Assembly (NCBI GenBank): GCA_040954595.2
Contig: CM082585.2
Location: 10,156,564-10,220,563 of the forward strand
Direction of reading: 5' to 3'
Origin: Balanoglossus misakiensis
Taxonomy: Eukaryota; Animalia; Hemichordata
Length of the DNA stretch: 64,000 nt
Shown here one piece after another: positions 26,554 to 39,913 of the stretch. The position numbers were made by a program, and so were the translations under genes. Every line of letters begins with the position of its first letter. Positions within the stretch are counted from its first letter, which is position 1. The notes under the pieces were generated by a model. The model searched no databases, had not been told where the DNA came from, and was given only the letters and a program-made list of their open reading frames with translations.

Positions 26554-29500
26554 TTATATGCTTGTTTTCTTTCTGGGTTCTCTGTTTTCTGGTTCACTCA
26601 CACCGGATGAATTTGTCATCGATGCAAGTATGCATGCCTCATCTTTATTCTCTGCTACCGATTCTATAGAATCCTGTTCAACAGATGCATCTTTCTTGAC
26701 TACATTTTTCTTTACTGTTGCATCTTCCATAGTTTCTCCATCTTCGTCAGTCTCTTTGAACTTTTGAATTTTCACATCATGATGCACGTTCATTTTATTG
26801 TCAGTTTCCTTGAGCTCCGCACTTTCTCGTCCATCCACACCGACACTTCCTGCATCCGTCACCTGCTCTCCGCTGCCACCATTTCTCTTTCCACCAACTG
26901 CCACATTCTTCTCTTCATCACCATCCCAGCATGCACCATTCCCCTTCTTTTCAGATTCCCCATTCTCTCCTCTGCCAGTCTGCCAGCACTCAGAGTTTCC
27001 CTTCGAGTGACACTTCACGTCTTCATTCACGCCGCTATTCTCTTCTGTCGCACACAACCTGCTCTGTGCGCCGTGACCTTTAACCTCCTTCTCCAAGAGC
27101 CTGTCTCTCTCGTCCTTCACCCATTCATCCTCACACGGATCCTCATCCCGTTTCTGGCAATCAGTCTCATCATCAACCTTCATCACGTTAGACTCCGGCT
27201 TCAGGGCAGACTTCCCAGCGGCGAAGAAGTGGTTCTTTCGAACGAATCTAACGCATTGAAGTAAGACGTTTCGCTCATGTCTAATCTCTGGGGCCAGCAG
27301 CTGTGGACAGAATCATGAAAGAGATTTAATGGCATCCCCAGATACTGACATGAAACAATGTTCTTGAAGCCATCTTTTTTGTCAAAATTTCGCTAAAAGT
27401 CCCACCTACCATTTCAAGGAGTGTTTTCTTTCTTTGCCTTCCATTGATGGCTTCTCTATTCTGCTGCTTGACCTTGTTCCGTCTATTTGGTCTCTTCTGC
27501 CACCTTTTCTGATTCTTCTCTTCTCGGTTTCTGTTCCACTTTGAATAAGACTTCACTTCAGCTGATTGTTCCGCTGGCGGTGATGATTTCACTGGAAAAA
27601 AGATAACATTTTACACTGTGGTCTACATTAAAAAACGTACATGTAATTAAAATTAATCATAAGGAAAAAAATCTAGAATTATTTGTAACACTACCTTCAA
27701 TTGGCTGGTCATCATTTTCATCAGAATCACTGCCATAATTTGCAGCAAGAGCTCCCAATGCTGAGACACAGGTTTCTTTCTTTGGAGATTCTTCCTTGTT
27801 TTTCATTTCCTCGCGGGAATCTTGGGAGAGAAAAACATGCATATTGTGAACTAATGCCGGATGATCATCAAGTGTTCAGGATGTCAATATTAGATGAGGT
27901 ATTTTATCTGACTGCTCACTTAAAGGGAAGTAAAGTAGGGCTCCTGAATTTAACATTTTGATGGAGTTCAGTGCAGTGATGCATGAAAGTGAAAATACAA
28001 GTGGTTTTTCATGACGCAGAGACAATTTCACCAGCTTATTTGCGTACATACGTCCTTTACCCGACTGTCCTTCCTGAACACTTGTTATTGCAGGCATTCT
28101 CTCTCTATATAGGATGAACTACGCCAAAGCAAGTGGGCAAACTTGATATTTCCCATAGGGGTATACATAATTGATCATTGCCTCAGGGGCTGCCTGGCCT
28201 TTCTAAAGATACAACCATATAACTAGCTGCCATTAATAGTTCATGAGCAAATACAGTCTGGTTTTCCTTCTTTCATACCATGGTTTTTCCCAGATGATTG
28301 AAAAAAACCCAGACAGAACATTCATCATTTTTTCAAAATCAAATATTGTTTACAGTCCACTCACCTTCACCTAAGATGTATGACATGGGGTCATCCTCTG
28401 GGTCATGTGACTTGTCAACCACTTTCCCATTCGTCACTGCATCCAACTTGACCTTCTTGACAGGGCTACTTGTGACCTCTGTTGAGTGGTTGTCATTGTG
28501 GTGGAATCTTTTCTGTGGTTGTCCCTTGAAATTTCCCTTCTGGTTTCTTCCTTCTTGGTTTCGACCTCTCTTGTTTTGTCGCATTTTCCTGCAGAGTAAA
28601 ATGTAGCATTTATAGTTGGAGCTTTTATGAGGAGTACCCGAGTGTGTACATGGTATCTGCTGTGAATGTGAAAATGTCATGACATTTTTTGTAGTGAGCT
28701 TTTTGCACTTACCCAAAGGATTTAGTTTTGAGGACACTTCCACTTTCCACTTTTCTCTGCTCAGCTTCCATTTTCTTGGCAATATTGTCTCTTGTCGGAA
28801 AATTTCTGCCAGGAGGATAGAGGAGACAGGTTCTTTATTTGATAAGAAAGGTCCCTAAAGGCACACACAATTTTCAATCTCTTGTTCTTGCGTGAATAAT
28901 CAAGGCTGACTTTACCACTCGCACAGACGTTTCACATACCTTCTCCTTGCTTCCCTCCATCTTGTGATTTCTTCCATTGTTTCAAGTCGTCCAATTTTCT
29001 TACTTCCTGGCCCGTGTTGATGTTGGTAGTGAATTCTGACCATTTTCCAGTGAGCTTCAAACTTACAATTCTCACCTTTGCACTACCGGTAAAAGTAACC
29101 AAGGGACATCAGTTTTATTGTTGGTTTTTCTGCTAAATTTCATAACGTTGTAATGATGGTCTAAAAGTTACAAATGTGTAGCTGTAACCCCATATTTACT
29201 CTCCACTTTTTCACATATTGGGACGAACAACCAGAATCTCTTTTAGGAATTGGCTGCCCCACCCCCTCTGAGAGTTACAATGTAAATGTGATTGCTGCAT
29301 ATTTCTTTACCGTTTACTGTAATTTCATGTATTTACCTTAACATGTTCCTTTCTGTGCTCATCTATTTTTACCTGGGTTTTAAACCCTCTGTCACAGGAC
29401 TCGCAGAAAAACGGCAGGATGGGTTCCTTCTTCGGTTTCTGGAGAATTGACATTATTATATGCATGAGTTTTAATCTCTTCTGCTCACTGAAACAAGTTA

Positions 29501-29954
29501 CTGTTGGATGACAGCAATCTGTGATATGAAATATACATTCAAGTTGAAATACCTGTTGTTTGTTTCCAAACGGCTCCGAGTGTCCCTGAAAGTTCTGACC
29601 TCGTGGTGAAAACTGGGGCCCAAACGGCCTTCCCTGATTTCTGTGTTGGTGATTCGGACCTCCAAGGTTTCGGGAAAACTGCCCTTGTTGTGCAAAGCTT
29701 GGTGGTGGAAAGATCGGCCCGTGTTGGTCGTGGATTTGAGAGCCTGGTGCATCAAGGGGCAATCTTGGTCCTGAGTTTTGGGGCTTATTTGGGGGTCTCT
29801 GAAAATTACCTGGTTGATTGAAACGTTTTCTGTGTTGTTGTGTTTCATGGCCACTCGTCTGGAATCTTGGAGAATTTGGAAATGGCTGTCTTGGATGACT
29901 TTGCGGAGAGAAGTTCGGTGGGGGAAACACATACGCCATGCTTGCCTTCACCAT
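26554..29954 (-). CDS. NUFIP1: Nuclear FMR1-interacting protein 1 (Rsa1-like snoRNP assembly factor), about 672 aa
   Basis: 8 exons (minus): 29954-29553, 29438-29337, 29082-28940, 28805-28713, 28588-28365, 27820-27695, 27591-27410, 27300-26554 (2019 nt). P/Q-rich N-terminus, zinc fingers (FCESCDRGFK...HRKEHVKC...CKFEAH), EEITRWREARRRNFPT, ALAANYGSDSD, LLEMLLAPEIRHERNVLLQCVRFVRKNHFF. Confidence 0.92.
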
Positions 29955-30404
29955 GTGCTTTAACAGGGGTCAGAGGTCAAAAGTCGCCAAGAGCATTTTC
30001 GTTATCTGTCGTTGGGGGCGGTGAAAGCAGTGACGCTTGAGTTCGGTATATCGTGATTAAAAAGTGTTGTTTTCATTCCATTAATAGACTAGTTTCTTCC
30101 TGACACAGCCCCTAAGGCATTCACAGACACATATGTTATCTTCTTAATTCAACTGTGAAGGTCATAGACAAACTATACGACTATGGTATCAGATACACAA
30201 GTTTTATTCATGATAAATAAATTCTGGCCCAACATCAATACACACCACATATTTATCGTCTGTATAAACCACTCAAATATATGTAGTAGATGTATAAACA
30301 CACAAGCCGCTGATGTTAACTGTTCATCTCATCTCATTCCAAAGACTGTCTTTGACTGCTGAATGCACTGCACAGTGCACCGTCCAATCAGCAAGGCTCT
30401 CTCT

Positions 30405-33400
30405 CTATCTCTTAGCAGGTTTTGGCATTACCAACACTTTGATTGGTTTACAGAGTTCAATATATCCACATTGTTCACTGGATGGTACGGTGGACAGTTT
30501 CGTCTCTCTGATTGGCTGCTGGCCAGACTCCTGGGAATAATTCATCACCACTGAAAACTCGATGCTGCACGACTCTGAAAAAGAAAACGGAACAACACGA
30601 TATCAGAGATTTACAAGGGGAAAAAGAGATTGTCAGAATCAGGCAGAAAAGTTGACACAATGTGATCACTAAACTTGGGTCTTGACCGATTGTTTCCAAT
30701 GACACGGTTGAAATGTTATGTTTCCAAGTGTTTGTCTGCTGTGTTCCTACCTGTCCACACTCCATGAGACAGATACACTTCAGTGAGAAGGCGATACTTC
30801 AAAGCATTCAACTTTCTGAAGTCACAGGTTCTTGGTCGGATCAGCTGGGTTTGGTTGTCTGGTAATCTTATCTATCATGAGGAAATAAATCACAAACATG
30901 TACACACAGTTAGCAAGTTATCTTCCAGCATAACATACAAAATAACCTCACCCACATTTTAATAATTTTTACTGCTAGCTACTTTGATATGATTTTATTT
31001 CTTTGGAAAGGAAAAGTTCCTTACCTGTATTAGAATATTGTGTACATCCTGTATATTCTCTATGATGCAATCAACATTCAAATTCAAGGTCAGCCCCGCT
31101 GTAAACTTCATGGGGTTATCAGACTCCCCAGCTGGCTCTGTAACGATAGCCCTGGCCCTCCTAAGTTGGTTGGAAAGTGTCACAGCCGGGATGTGATGGT
31201 GGAGGAGCAGGGGTTGCAGGAATTTCATAATGATGCCGGGCTTGCTGGATTCCAGTTTGTGCATTTCGGAAAAGATGGCTTGTGTGAACGGGTCAGGCTG
31301 GATTTCACTCAATGACAGATACCTTGGGAAAAAAAACATATAAAAATTCTGTCATATTTTTTCATAATAGCTCCGTAATAAAACAAATTAATCATCTCTG
31401 AGCTGCGTTTGTTTCTCCCTGACCCAGCCATCCCGCCCCACAACCTTTGCCCTCTGACCCTCACCTCTGTAATTCATTCAGTCTGGCCAGATAGACTTCG
31501 CACAGTTGTAAAGACTCAGGCTCTCCCTTGTTTCTGTCCATGGTCTGTCCTCTGAGCTCCAAGATCAGTTCGATTGTCCACATCCGCACACGCAACTGGC
31601 GTATGGCAGCCATGTCTTGACCTCCCAGCCCCATGAACAGCTGTTCCATTCTGTGGGTATACTGAAGAACCTGGTATCATTTGGAAGAAAAAAATCAAGA
31701 AAGATGATTTACAGTATGATATTCACAGAACCAAACTCAAGTCAGCTATTAATACAGACGCAACAAGAAAGATGTGTCCAATGAAATTACCTTATTGATG
31801 GCTGCCGTTGCCATGACACTGTGTTGTGGGCAGAGGGGTGTAGGGACAGACCACTGTGTGTCTTTCAACGCCTGAAAATCAGAAATCATAAATCTGGTAT
31901 GTTCCTTGATGAACTCTTGGTATTGATGACTACAGGAAAACAAAAACTTAGTAATTCTAGTGCCCTCAGCAGGCATGACTGAATTTGTCAGTTTAATGAC
32001 CACTGGGATACTGACCTTAGTTAGAAGTAGTTGACACTGAATGTAGAGACTTGAGAACTCAGCATTTGCGGCCAGTTTGGGCTGCAACTCAGCAACTCTG
32101 TTCAAATCCCTGAGTAAAAATCATTTAAAGGCAAACTGACATGAATATTATATCCTAGAGCATTGCCCTTTGAATGTAATCAATTCTGATATGTCTGAAT
32201 GATGGAGCTGAGTCATATCCAACATTGCCTGAACACAAACCTATACTTCAACAGTATGGTACACTTACTTTATAATCATCTGCATGAGTTTTTCAGCTGT
32301 GTGGTTTTCCAGTTTGTTGACATTCTTCATCTTGTCCAGAGTTTGTTGGAGAAACTTTGACGGTTCAATGGATGCATCACTCTTGACGTCTCTCTCATTA
32401 GAAGTCATAGAGGAAGTATTCGGCAGCTGTGGATAGATTTTGTATCAAGATCACTAAATGTATTATTTCAACAGTGTGATAGACTAGTGCGCTAGTGTTT
32501 GTCTTTTTTGGGGGGGGGGAGGGGGAGGGTACTGTGTCCTCATTTTTAAAATTATTCAGAGGGACCTGAGATGACTGTGTGAAAATGGCTGTCATCTGAA
32601 CCAACTGTACTATAGGCGAGTAAATCAGGAATGACACCAAGTTAGACGAGTTAGTCTTGGGAATCTCACCTTGAGGTGTGGCACTAAATTGGGCAGACTA
32701 TCTCTCAGATAGGAGTAATGTCTGATGGCGTATTCTGGAAACAATGCAATCATTGTCGGACTGTTGATGGCAGAATTGAAAATCAGTATCATCACAGCAA
32801 TATCTTCAAATACATTAAGGAATACAAAAGAAATGACAAAAAATAACATTTTGACACAACCAGCTGAAGACAAGAAAACATCTGCAAATGAAACACTTTT
32901 TTATCAATAAAAAACACTGCAAAGGATACATGCTGGATCATCCATGTCCGGTTCTGGTAAATCAAAATATGGATGTGTTCCTAACAAATCTGGGACTAGC
33001 ACTAAAGTCAAGTTAGAATGCTGTTGACCCAGGACCTTTAAACACCTGCAGGGGAATACAGAAAGAATCATCATCATTATCATCACCACCGCATTGATGT
33101 TCATTCAGCATCTTGCTGTAGCACATCGACCTTGCAAATCTTAAAAAAAAGACATCACTCACTTCCATATTGATATCCTGTCTTGTGGATATTTGTTGAG
33201 ATTTCTGAGTAGATACTGCAACGATGAACTAAGACATGACTTTGTCGATAGATGGACACTGCACAGAAGTTCATGAACAGCTTCCCGAACGTCCTGAGAT
33301 GATTCCTGTCAGAAACAATGATTTGTAAGAAATAAGTTCCCACTTGATGTAATTCTGAAATAATATATTAATCATGCATGCCAACATGAGTTTTGTCTTT

Positions 33401-36113
33401 TTATGGAAGCGTGCTTGGGGCCCAGTTCTACAACAGTAGAGGTCATGACCCAGATATCAAGATGGCTGCTCTGTATATCATCACCATAGCAACAATACTC
33501 ACATCTAGTACATTGAGTACTGTCTCCAGTTGATCTTCTCTCAGCTCGATCAATCGGTTCACTTTTCTCAGACTGCTGATGGCGTTCAGTCGAACACTCT
33601 CAATCTCGTCGTTGAACATGTCCACCAGGAAGTCCAGAGACAAATGAGCGAAGGATGGTGATTGGCTGGCCAGTTCACAGAGCGAATCAATGGCAGCGCT
33701 TCTAACCTCTGTGGACGACATTAAGATGTTAAAAAAATCAATGTTCTGAACTGCAAGATTTTATGTTATTCGTCACATAAATATACAAACAGAAATATTC
33801 CATGACATGCCAAGATCATTTCAATGAAATACGTCCATTTGTGATTCCCACCTAAAAACTCATCTTCAAGACCATGTACAAACGCTCCACAGGCTCCACT
33901 GTTAATCAGACTGATATTGTCCGGGTCCAGCTCTTCTTTAGGCGCATCATCCGCCCATTTCTGTCCTGTAGACCATTCGCCAGATGCAAAACTCTCCTTC
34001 TGTCTCTCGTGGGCTGATCTTTTCCTCTGAAAAATTTAAAATTGAACAATCACAATGGGTGCTGACTCGTTCCTCTTTAAAAAAAATGGTTATGTCGGTC
34101 AGTTATTCTGACTGCTGACTCTCTTTGATTTGGTTTAAATGGCAGCTGAATATTTCAGAAGTAGATTATCCTACCCTCAAGTGCGACATCAGTTTTTTAT
34201 CCAGTGTTTGTTCCAAAAACTTTGGGGAGACAGCATGTAGTGATCCGAGGAGTCCTGTTGCCTCAACCCTGACATTCACTGATTGGTCAGTCACCTGGAA
34301 TGGAAGACAATGATTGGTGGATTTGAATTTTGTCAAACTTACATGATGTGGCCAACTTAAAAGTTGATGTGGAATTTTAATGTGTCTCCGCTTATGATTC
34401 ATAACCATTTCTATTCACAATGGAACTGAAAAAGACGGAAGCCCATCACAGCTGAACTCACCATATCACAAATTTTTGCAAACCCATCATCAACCAGTCG
34501 GAGTTCCTCGTTAGAATCCGGCACTGGGACCATGGTTTCTGGGTAGACTTGACTCAACACCCACACCAGTCTGATGGCCGCTAATCTCACACTCTCATAG
34601 TCATCAGACAGGGCTTTACAAACTCGTTCATAGACGGAAATGTCCAGCTTCTGTCCTCTGTCGTGTAATGTTCGCTGAAGTGAAAATTCAATCAGGAAAA
34701 ATTCAGAGAAAAAGAGTATTTATTTATACATATAATACAATGACAAAATTTAACATATTGGAAGATACAATAAAAGCAAAATTTACAAATATTAATCCTT
34801 GAAATTCTACTATTTTGTCAGATCACTTACCATTGCTCTGAATGCACTGGTTCTGACTCGTGGATCTTGATCAACTGTGTATTCCGACAACAACTTCTGT
34901 ACGTTGACAGATCGCTTGTCTTCAAACTTTTTCTGTGGTTTCTCTAAGGTTCCCAGACCTCCAATCAAAGTCAAACACTCGCTCCTCACAACATGGTGCG
35001 AGTTTATGAGATGCTAAAAGAGGAGGAAAATAGGAGAGGGTTTTTATCATTCAAATTATCAGGTATGATAGGAACGCAGTCATTTGGTTGAAAGTACCAA
35101 CACAACACAATACACTACACTACAATATCTACAAATACACAACTTACTTTTCGGGCAGTGTCAACTAATTTTTGGTGAAGTTCAAGTGCAAAAGGCAACG
35201 ACCTTCCGATGACTGTCAATGTGTTTATCAGCTGGGCTTTGACTTTGTACGACTCTACAGAAATAAGAAAAGAATAAAACAGCCATCATAGTCCTTTGTG
35301 TTATTAATGTTGTTCATGTTTGTCAATGCACATTTATAAAATACCATGACAAGAGGAATTATCTTACCTTCTGATGACAGGAGCGATATCAAATCATCAA
35401 CCAACAGAACAGGATTGTACTCTGGTGTTCTGCAAATATCGGCCAAAACAGCAGCTATCTTACAGCGGACATGGGCTTCCTTCTCATTGTAATAATGTTC
35501 CAGCAGTCTCCTCACAGCTAAATCTGCGAGAGTAAAGGGCCCCAGACCAAAGTCTTTACTTTCAAGTTACCACGAAACCAACAAAAAACATGATGTCAAC
35601 ATTAAATCACTGAAAACTACCACTTCATCATGATCACATAAATGCTTATAAGTTGAGGATGGTTGAAACTTTACCAAGCTGTTCAGCATCCACTGAAGAT
35701 AACCGATGCGAGAATTGCAGTAGAATCTGAAGAGCTTCGTGAGAATTGCTTGCAGACTGTAACTCTAACTGTAGGCTTGGTCCCTTAGCACGTTTCACCA
35801 ATCTCAGATGCTTTACAGGTCTTTTCGGCTCTTCCTGCAGACAATAAGTGTTGTACAATTCAAGTCAGGAGCCACTGTTTATTTCTTCAGAACACCTAGC
35901 TAACCCAGATGACCATAAATAAACAAACAACTGCCTGAAATCACTGGGGTTTGCCAACTTTTACGTACACCGATGACAAAATCAAATGAATAAAACAGGG
36001 TCTGGCCTCTTTCCGCTATATTTTAATTTAAATCGTTTCCAACCTAACTGTCAACTTACATGAATAACGTGACTAAATTCCTCATAGGCTCTTTTCTTCA
36101 GATGCGCCGCCAT
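30405..36113 (-). CDS. INTS4: Integrator complex subunit 4 (HEAT-repeat protein), about 19 coding exons
   Basis: Starts [17 protein letters not shown] (ATG 36113); internal [81 protein letters not shown]; ends [14 protein letters not shown] (stop 30405-30407). All are characteristic INTS4 segments. Confidence 0.95.
32804..32929 (-). other. U12-type (minor spliceosome) GT-AG intron in INTS4
   Basis: Minus strand 5' splice site GTATCCTTT, branch sequence TTCCTTAAT about 10 nt before the AG, no polypyrimidine tract; splicing restores DDPA-Y-IAV. Confidence 0.88.
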
Positions 36114-36370
36114 GATCGATCCCTGGATGACACTGACCTTACAGCAACATTTGCAGAACGTCGCTCATATTACTGCAGACATTAAAATTATCATATCTAA
36201 CGGGAAAATATACTATTTAGTGGGAAAAAAATTGTATAAATATTCACTATAAATATTTTTTAACCATAAAATATTAAAACAAAACTCCCGTTCAGTCTTT
36301 TACCGTGGTTTTTAACGTACCAAGCTGACGAATTTGGAACAGCGAAAGCCAACACCCATTAACTTGCAAG
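36114..36370. promoter_or_regulatory. Probable bidirectional promoter between INTS4 and the uncharacterised + strand gene
   Basis: Divergent ATGs at 36113 (-) and 36371 (+), only about 260 bp apart; YY1-like CAAGATGGCGGC overlaps the + strand start. Confidence 0.65.
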
Positions 36371-39300
36371 ATGGCGGCTCAGGTAAGTGACAGAAGTCGA
36401 ATAAAACATTATTTCCCCAATTCTAAAGAATAAGGCCGAATTAAAATACCCCACCCATAGATTTAGGCTTGGTTTCATTGACTGTGACTTTCAGCGGACA
36501 AGTTTGCACGGTGGGGCCTATCAGGTCGCGCCACCAGCGGTTCCTTGGAGAGCGTCGGAGGAGTGATGATATCTGATGAACCAAAGGTCACTGAAGGTCA
36601 GATCTAATATAACGCATAACATGTAAACAAATCCTTTGGTAGCGTGTAAACGTGGCATGCCACATAAGCAACGCTTTATTAATGGGTAGTAATGCACAGT
36701 ACAGGCAAGGATCGGGAATGGCTGCTCCAAAAACCTTAGCAGCCTCTCCGAATTTCACATGCTATACTCCTGACTACTGGCTATATTACCACGCCCACGA
36801 TTATTGGCAATATTCGAGCCAGGATGGACAGGTATACCTTGATATCATGATGATTGCACAACCTTGGTAATAAGCGGTGCTTCGTATCAAGACATTGGTA
36901 TCAAGAGACAGTGCTGCAAATTTGCAACTTTGCCTGGAAATAACTTTTCACAACTATCTTCGAATTCTGATATGATGATGTTGTGTTAGTAGCAACTAAC
37001 ATTGTATGTTTCTTGTTAACATTTGTTTGACAGGATGTTGAGAAAGCTGCCAAGAAGAAACTTCAGGCATTTCTCAATGAAATGCTCAAAACTGGGTCAG
37101 TCAGGGTAAGTTCATGTTATGCATAATAATTAATATGCTATATAAAGATAAATATTATATTATGCAGAATTCTGCCATGTCTGATATGACATACCTGTGT
37201 ATTATGAACTCCCAAAGTTGTTTGATATTAATAATTATGTGTATTTTTTTTAATTTCAGGGATTTAAATATTTTAAGATGTACATGAGAGGAAGGGAAGA
37301 GATGATTTGTAGAGTTCAAAATGAACCTCTGGTGAGTAAAAATGTATCAGCAATCAGGAATTACTAATAGAGACAGACCATTTATGTGGGAGGTACATAA
37401 AGCACCTTTCCACACGTTGATAACAAATTTTTCAACTTTTTTTATTACAGACGCCATCAGACAGCGAACCACATACCCCATCTAAGTTCACCTTCACTGG
37501 CAGTTTGAATGCAGAAAATATGCCGTTTGACGAGTAAGTGTGACCGAGTTCTCATAACTTCATGAACTCTGTGTCATTACAAATGTCATAGCAATGCTAC
37601 ATGTGCAATTCACTGATTTCTGTTTTTGTTGAAAAGTTTCTTGTCCACTTTCTCAAAAATTTACATCTTTCATTTCCTGTTCTGCAATACTCTATGAAAA
37701 GAAAAATCTTCCTTCATTAAAATCTACTCTTATGACCCTCTAAATTTCTAACAATATAATGAATTAGTGTATTTAATTATTTGAACTGTTTAGGAGGTCT
37801 TTGATGTTGTCAGCCAGAACACAAAAAAGGTATGCATGTAAAAATAGACATTAAATTAGATTATTTGTGATGATTAATACTTCTAGAAATCTAGGCTGAG
37901 ATGATTTGACAATTTTCACAATTTTTGATGTTCAAGTTATTTTGTAGAACAGCCTGATAAATAATAGTAAAATTGGTAGGCATTGCATGTGCATATTATT
38001 TCTAACATTTCTTCTCTATTCTTCTTTGTATCTTTTAAATTGGAAACTTTATAAGTGGGCATGAAATGGTTTCTTCTATTGTAATATCTTTCTTGTGTTT
38101 GTTTGGTGAAGTAGTCAGTGAAATGCATTTTTTTCCTAAATTTTTTGGCAACTTCTTTGAAACTCGGCCTGTTGTATTTCACAGAGACTGAAGCATTTCG
38201 TTCCCAGCAGCAACATTGAGGGGATAGTAAGAGTTTTAACTCGCAGACTGTAGTGATCATCATCTCTGTCCATGTTTGTCTCTCTGTCTGTGTCTTTGGC
38301 ACATCTCCATTTGTGTAGTGCAATCGCTTTTAGCAGCTCTACTGTACGTATGAATGACATCATGTATTTAAAAAGTCAGTGTGTATACACAGAACACTTT
38401 TCACGTTCTCCTTTTACACACCAGCATCTTTGTACAGCCCCAAAGCTCTATCTGCACCAGCCATTTACATCATGCTATGTGCCTGGTTTGTCTTTGAATC
38501 CCCCTAACAACAGTGATCAAAATTTGCCACATACTAGTCAGTTATTTGCAGCTCTGCCAGCAAATGTACTCAGAGTCAAATCATGAGTCTTGAAAATATT
38601 AGTTGCAGAGGTTAACTTGAACTCAGCCTATGATGCATGATATGAATCTTCCTTGTAATTGTATTACAAGAACTGTATTGTACACCTCACTGACTGTTGA
38701 CTTCTTGATTATTCATGAATATTTTAATTGATCTGTTTCTCTACCCCCAGTCTTAGTGGTTATGGACATATTGATGTTGGCCTTCCACCAGCTTCACCCG
38801 TGGAAAGAGAGATCGTTCCATCTGTAAGTTTCAGTCATTTGAGATGTATTTGGCTTCACGTGTGGTTAGATAGATGTGTGTAAGTGGATTGATGAAACTC
38901 AGTTTCATGATCGAGACACATCTTCAAGATGCAGTCAGGCCAGACATAATTTTAAGCTTGTTCATTGTGGGCTGATTGTTGATGGACGTTGCAAGCCAAT
39001 AATGTGATTCTTCCTTTCCTCCAGGATGACAATTCCACACTATTCCTTGTTGCTGGTTATGCTCGATATGGCTGTCCATATGTCTGGGTCAGGTCAAACC
39101 ACGAAAGACTTGTTAAACTCAGCGGTGACGAGTCCTTCACCAAAGACAGCCCCCTGAAAATGAAATCAACAAACACATGGTTAGAAAAAGGTAAAACATT
39201 TAATGAGTGTGCCTGTATGGTTCGTTGATGTTATTTGAACTTGAAATACAAATTCATGAAGTCTTCCTATTCATGTAGGTCCTTTCGCCAACTTGTCATT

Positions 39301-39913
39301 TATTCTTTCTTACCGTCCATCCATCTTAGATACCAAGATTTGGGATGTCATAGCAGAGCTTATCAAGATGACCACATTGCCTTCACCAAGAAACCCGTTT
39401 GCTGTAGACTTGGACTATTTTTCCCAGCTTCCTTTTATGGAACGTATCCTAGCAACGGGTGCCATGGTGAATTTCCTCCAAAAGGTTGTGGATCATCATC
39501 CGGATAAACCTTACAGTGGGCATGGTAGGTTCTTGTTTCTCTTTCTGTATGTCTGTCTGTCTGCCTGCCTCTCTTTAAGAAACTGCCATCTCTGTAAGTA
39601 ACTCATTATCCTGTATTCTCCTCTCACAGTTTCAGAAGACCTAGCTGAGGTCACCAAGAAACACTTCAAAGAGATGCAGACGTACGTGCAACAGCAAGCA
39701 GAGCAGCTACTGACAGAAACGGAAACACAGGAACACAAAGTCATACACCACCACCAGAAGCAGCAACACCAGTCGCAGCAGCCACAGTCGCAGCAGCAAC
39801 AGAAACCGCAGTCCACGGCAAATCAAGACCCGCCCAGTGACAGCAAAGTGCAATATAACCAATACAAAAGCAGTGGAGGACTGACGCAGCGCTCCCGGGC
39901 GAAATACTACTGA
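36371..39913 (+). CDS. Uncharacterised protein, about 330 aa, with globular core and Q/H-rich C-terminus
   Basis: 9 exons in consistent phase: 36371-36382, 37034-37105, 37260-37331, 37451-37533, 37794-37829, 38751-38823, 39025-39190, 39330-39524, 39630-39913 (993 nt). Blocks: GFKYFKMYMRGREEM, TLFLVAGYARYGCPYVWVRSNHERLV, IWDVIAELIK, RNPFAVDLDYF. Family not recognised. Confidence 0.85.

Noticed and set aside
26764-27264. Long antisense/alternate-frame ORFs over NUFIP1, cGLR, glycosyltransferase and sulfotransferase exons
   Set aside because: Shadows of real coding exons with biased composition; no independent motifs or splice support.
26554-36113. Search for intronic box C/D snoRNAs in NUFIP1/INTS4 introns
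   Set aside because: Isolated TGATGA boxes seen, but no properly spaced CTGA with terminal stem; a covariance-model scan would be needed.
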